Shown: positions 60,526-64,000 of the stretch, in pieces
Numbering within the stretch: the stretch's first letter is position 1
How the letters are laid out: each line of letters opens with the position of its first letter
Origin: Amphiscolops sp. MND2022
Lineage: Eukaryota
Direction: 5' to 3'
DNA length: 64,000 bases
Assembly (NCBI GenBank): GCA_964187785.1
Contig: OZ076420.1
Coordinates: 7,502,001 to 7,566,000, forward strand
Notes under the pieces: model-generated
Database searches by the model: none
Told to the model about the DNA's origin: nothing
Seen by the model: the letters and a program-made list of their open reading frames with translations, nothing else
Made by a program: the position numbers and the translations under genes

Positions 60526-60716
60526 TCAATTGACCAAACTTTATGCTGCCCTGAATTCGGTGCTCGGCATTGCGGATCGCTACCGAACACGGCTTGCTTC
60601 GTAGATTAAAAAGACTGTATCTTGACTTAATAGGATCCAATGATCCCGAATTGCACTTCTTCCTTGTCTCTCAACGCGTCTAAGTTGAGAGTAACTACAT
60701 TTGTCGCCCTAATTCT

Positions 60717-63700
60717 TTGGCGAAGAGAGGTGAAGAAATGAATTGATTATAGAAGTGGTCCTAAAACCAGACTTTAATACAGCTTTCTAATTAATTTGTG
60801 CATATCTAGTATTGTTGAACATCTCTTTTACAATTCTACAGTAAATATAAGTCAAAATATGAAGTATAAACCAATGACATTTTAAGCATGATTTGAAGTT
60901 TTTGGCTATGTATACAAATTTCTTGATTGTTTTGGCATAGTTGTTAGGTTGATTAGAAAGTAGGTTTACACAGTGTAAATAGCATTAAGTTCAACAGAGT
61001 CACATTTCCTTGAAGGTCATAAGGTAGAATCACATAACAATTTGTATATCAAAATTGAGTTTTCATGGGTGGTAATTGCTCGGAACCCAGGGGAGGTACG
61101 GGGTTGGGTGTATGAATAAAAAGTTCAGTTAGCACCTCTAGTATATACATGCTAAGTTTCACGGTCATTAGGCAAGTTCTTCTCAAAAAAGGGGGGATGT
61201 CCAAATTTGGGATGCCCTATTTCTGGTGAAACAAAACTTTCTAAGTGTTTTGAGTTATAACTTTCATCAGTCACGTTCAAAATCCAGTTTCTCGCTTTGC
61301 AAGTGACGGCCGCCAACATTGCCGGCCCTGGTTTTCACCCGAAAAACACTTTCGTAGAACAAGGGTGCCAGTTTCACTACTGATCTTTTGAGTTTGCCAT
61401 CAATCGTCGTTGTATTTCTGAGAGATCCAGTTTCATTGTCATCTTTGTCAGTTGTTTGTTATGTTTTTTCTCTGCTGCAATGAGTGTACAGCCCATAATC
61501 CAGTTCGATGACCATGAGGTTGTTTCCCGAATATTCACATAACACAACAAAATATTTTCGGAAAACTGTTTTCACCTTTGAAGTCATAGTTTCTCCAACT
61601 ATCACAAACTTCATCATCAACGTCCGGCATTCACTGAGTTTAATCAGTTGCTTTTCTTCTAAAACCTTTAAAAGGTATGACACATATATGCTACAGTTCA
61701 TTTAACTCAGCTTCCATAATTACTTCATCATCCGAAAAGTCGATTTCAAGGTAAGTCGAAAATATCTCCAACCAGTTTCTCAATGCTTGCACTGCTACAC
61801 ATTTCATCATCAAATTAGACTGACCGCGGGGAAAATTTGTGAAACGCAATTCGTTTTCTAATATTTTCGTAACCTTGTTTTGGATCAGCTTTCTTGAAAG
61901 GTCGTTGAATCATTCATAATCATAATCAGTATCATAATCATAATCATATTTCAATCGCTGGGCTATGTTTTGCTTTTCGACACGTCGTTTTCTGCTGCTA
62001 CTTCCGAGTTTTCGCCCAGTAAACGCTATGCTGTGGACTTTCTCTTCCGCTTCTGTTTGTATAGCGTCACAGAGCATCTTTCATCAGAAAACTCCAACTT
62101 CTTATCATCTGTGTTTCTATCAGGCTCCAAACGATCATCAGACACTTGCAATTCACCAAACGACTCATACGGAGTCCATATTGACTTGATCGCTGCAGCC
62201 GACCCATTGCTACAACCTGCTGTTTATGGTACTTTAAAGGAACAAATATGCGTTCTTGTCACTGATGAGTTGTCTCTGAACTCACGTAGCCAAAATGTGT
62301 CATCTTGTGATCCATTTCATGTTGCAGGTTCGATGTAGGTTCAATCTTCCAAGTTCTTTTCTTCGGTCGCTTGCGGTGGACGTTGCTCAATTGAGTTTCG
62401 TCAATGCCCTTAGCCTGGGCCACTGCGTCCATCCCAGAGTTTCCAATACAAGTCCAATGGTTCCATACAGTACTATCACTTGGAATAGCTTCTTCAACAA
62501 GGCTTACATTGAACTGAAAATCAGATTTCTTTCGAAAGGGTGAAATCATGACTTGTGTTTCACTTTTGGCATTGCCTTCCACGGCTTTGGTCAGTTTCAT
62601 TGCAACGTGGCATAATTTTTGATAAATGGTTATTTCAATCAAACTTTCATGCAGTGCAAATTGTTGCTCACGCACAAATCCATAACTTTTGTCCAAGTTA
62701 AACCATTTGTTTCCTTCTTCAGGAAGTAGATTACCAACATAGAGCATTGTCACCGGGAACATTTTCCCATGTTGTACGTGCTGTAGTACGATGGAAACTT
62801 CTGCACTCTCTTGCAGCAGTTCAACTTGCACACTCAATTCTTCTGAAGTTTGTTTGCTAGATGCGAATGGTAACCTTCTATACTCTTGCCTCATTTCTGT
62901 CTATATTAAATTCAAGTTCTCCTCTGTTCGCATTACTAAGCGCTCACTCATGACCAAGTGAATTGCGTCTTCCAAAACTTGTGTGGTAACCACGAAAAGA
63001 CTTTCTGAACGGAAGTCTTGTCAGCCAACGTCTTCAACGGAAGTTCTTGGCCAGTTCCACATCCACTCCGCTGTGAGACGCTTCGATTTTTCTTTGTTTG
63101 CCTCGCCTTCAGCATTACTCATATTTGAGTCCTCATCTGCTTCACGTTTGACAATTTTTTCTTGCAACTTACAATAATTTGGAAACTGGTTTGAACACTT
63201 GGTCTGCTCAGATTTCTTTTTCTTCATTTTGCACGTTCCTTTTGTTGTCCCGTCAAGAGCTTTGAGCAAAGCCATTTCTGCTTGCCTGCCCATTAGTTCG
63301 TCGTTTGTTTTCTGCGATTCCTTGCGATCACTTGAATTTTCTTTATTCGAAGTTTGCCTTGTTCGAGTTTGCTTCACAGTTGTCATTGTTGAACTAATTT
63401 CAACACTTTCATGGTTCAAGCGCTAATGTGATCCAACAGTGCTCTTTGAATCAATCCAAAACAGAGTTCTTTGTTGCTTCTCAGGTGCGACGTTTTGTCA
63501 GTCACTACGTTATTGCCCTTCTGAGAGTGGGAGCTTTCCCTGTCTCACGCAGTTCAGTCCCTGTAGGAGGCTTTTTTGAGGTCGAGGATACCTTGGAGGT
63601 CCGATAACATTTCCGCGGACCTTCGCATGGTTGCATTTGCACCGTCACTTTCTGCTGTTGTCTCAGTTTTAACTCAATTCCATTTCCACTAATTCTATTT

Positions 63701-64000
63701 CTTGGTTGGCATATTCTTTATTCCTCGCGCTTTCTTCTTCGATATTAGCAATTTCGAGTTCTTTCGCGAGTATCCTCATATGAATATCCTCTTGTTTCTT
63801 AGCAGCTAGTTGTTCATCAATTTCATCTTGTTTCTTCATTGCATCCAATTCTAGAAGAAGTATATGTCTTGCATTTCATGACTTAGAACTAACGGTTGTT
63901 CTGTTGCTCTTCGAGGCTGCTTTGACTGACCTGTTGTTGTTTTCTTTGAGTATCACTTTCAAATCACTGATTGAGTTATTCATATCACAGGGTTTAGATG
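60717..64000 (-). mobile_element. Degenerate BEL/Pao relic (copy C), right arm of the inverted duplication, running off the window
   Basis: Reverse complement of 56388-59756; near-identical ORF fragments (MNHESVEISSTMTT..., MNCSIYVSYLLKVLEE...). Confidence 0.85.

Overview
AT-rich animal genomic DNA with spliceosomal introns and a dense transposon load. No prokaryotic features, CRISPR arrays or RNA genes were seen. Two host genes can be reconstructed. (1) A Lifeguard/TMBIM (Bax-inhibitor-1 family) gene on the minus strand, 6442-558, with 4 coding exons and 319 aa; one intron apparently has a non-canonical GG donor. (2) A complete 8-exon gene on the plus strand, 34432-38088, 629 aa: signal peptide, six fibronectin-III-like domains in three A/B pairs, and a GPI-signal-like tail. 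Mobile DNA includes: a four-level nest with intact target-site duplications (CR1 > TIR element > young Mag-like Gypsy > Mutator-like MITE); an older Gypsy; a 2.05-kb solo LTR that contains an ORF start; degenerate CR1 and BEL/Pao relics; hAT and Tc/pogo MITEs; and a possible zinc-finger/tyrosine-recombinase element with a head-to-head pair of related zinc-finger modules nearby. A ~10.3-kb satellite of ~154-bp monomers shows 9-mer and 13-mer higher-order repeats. The window ends in an inverted duplication with arms of at least 3.3 kb. All alignments were made by eye and no database searches were run.
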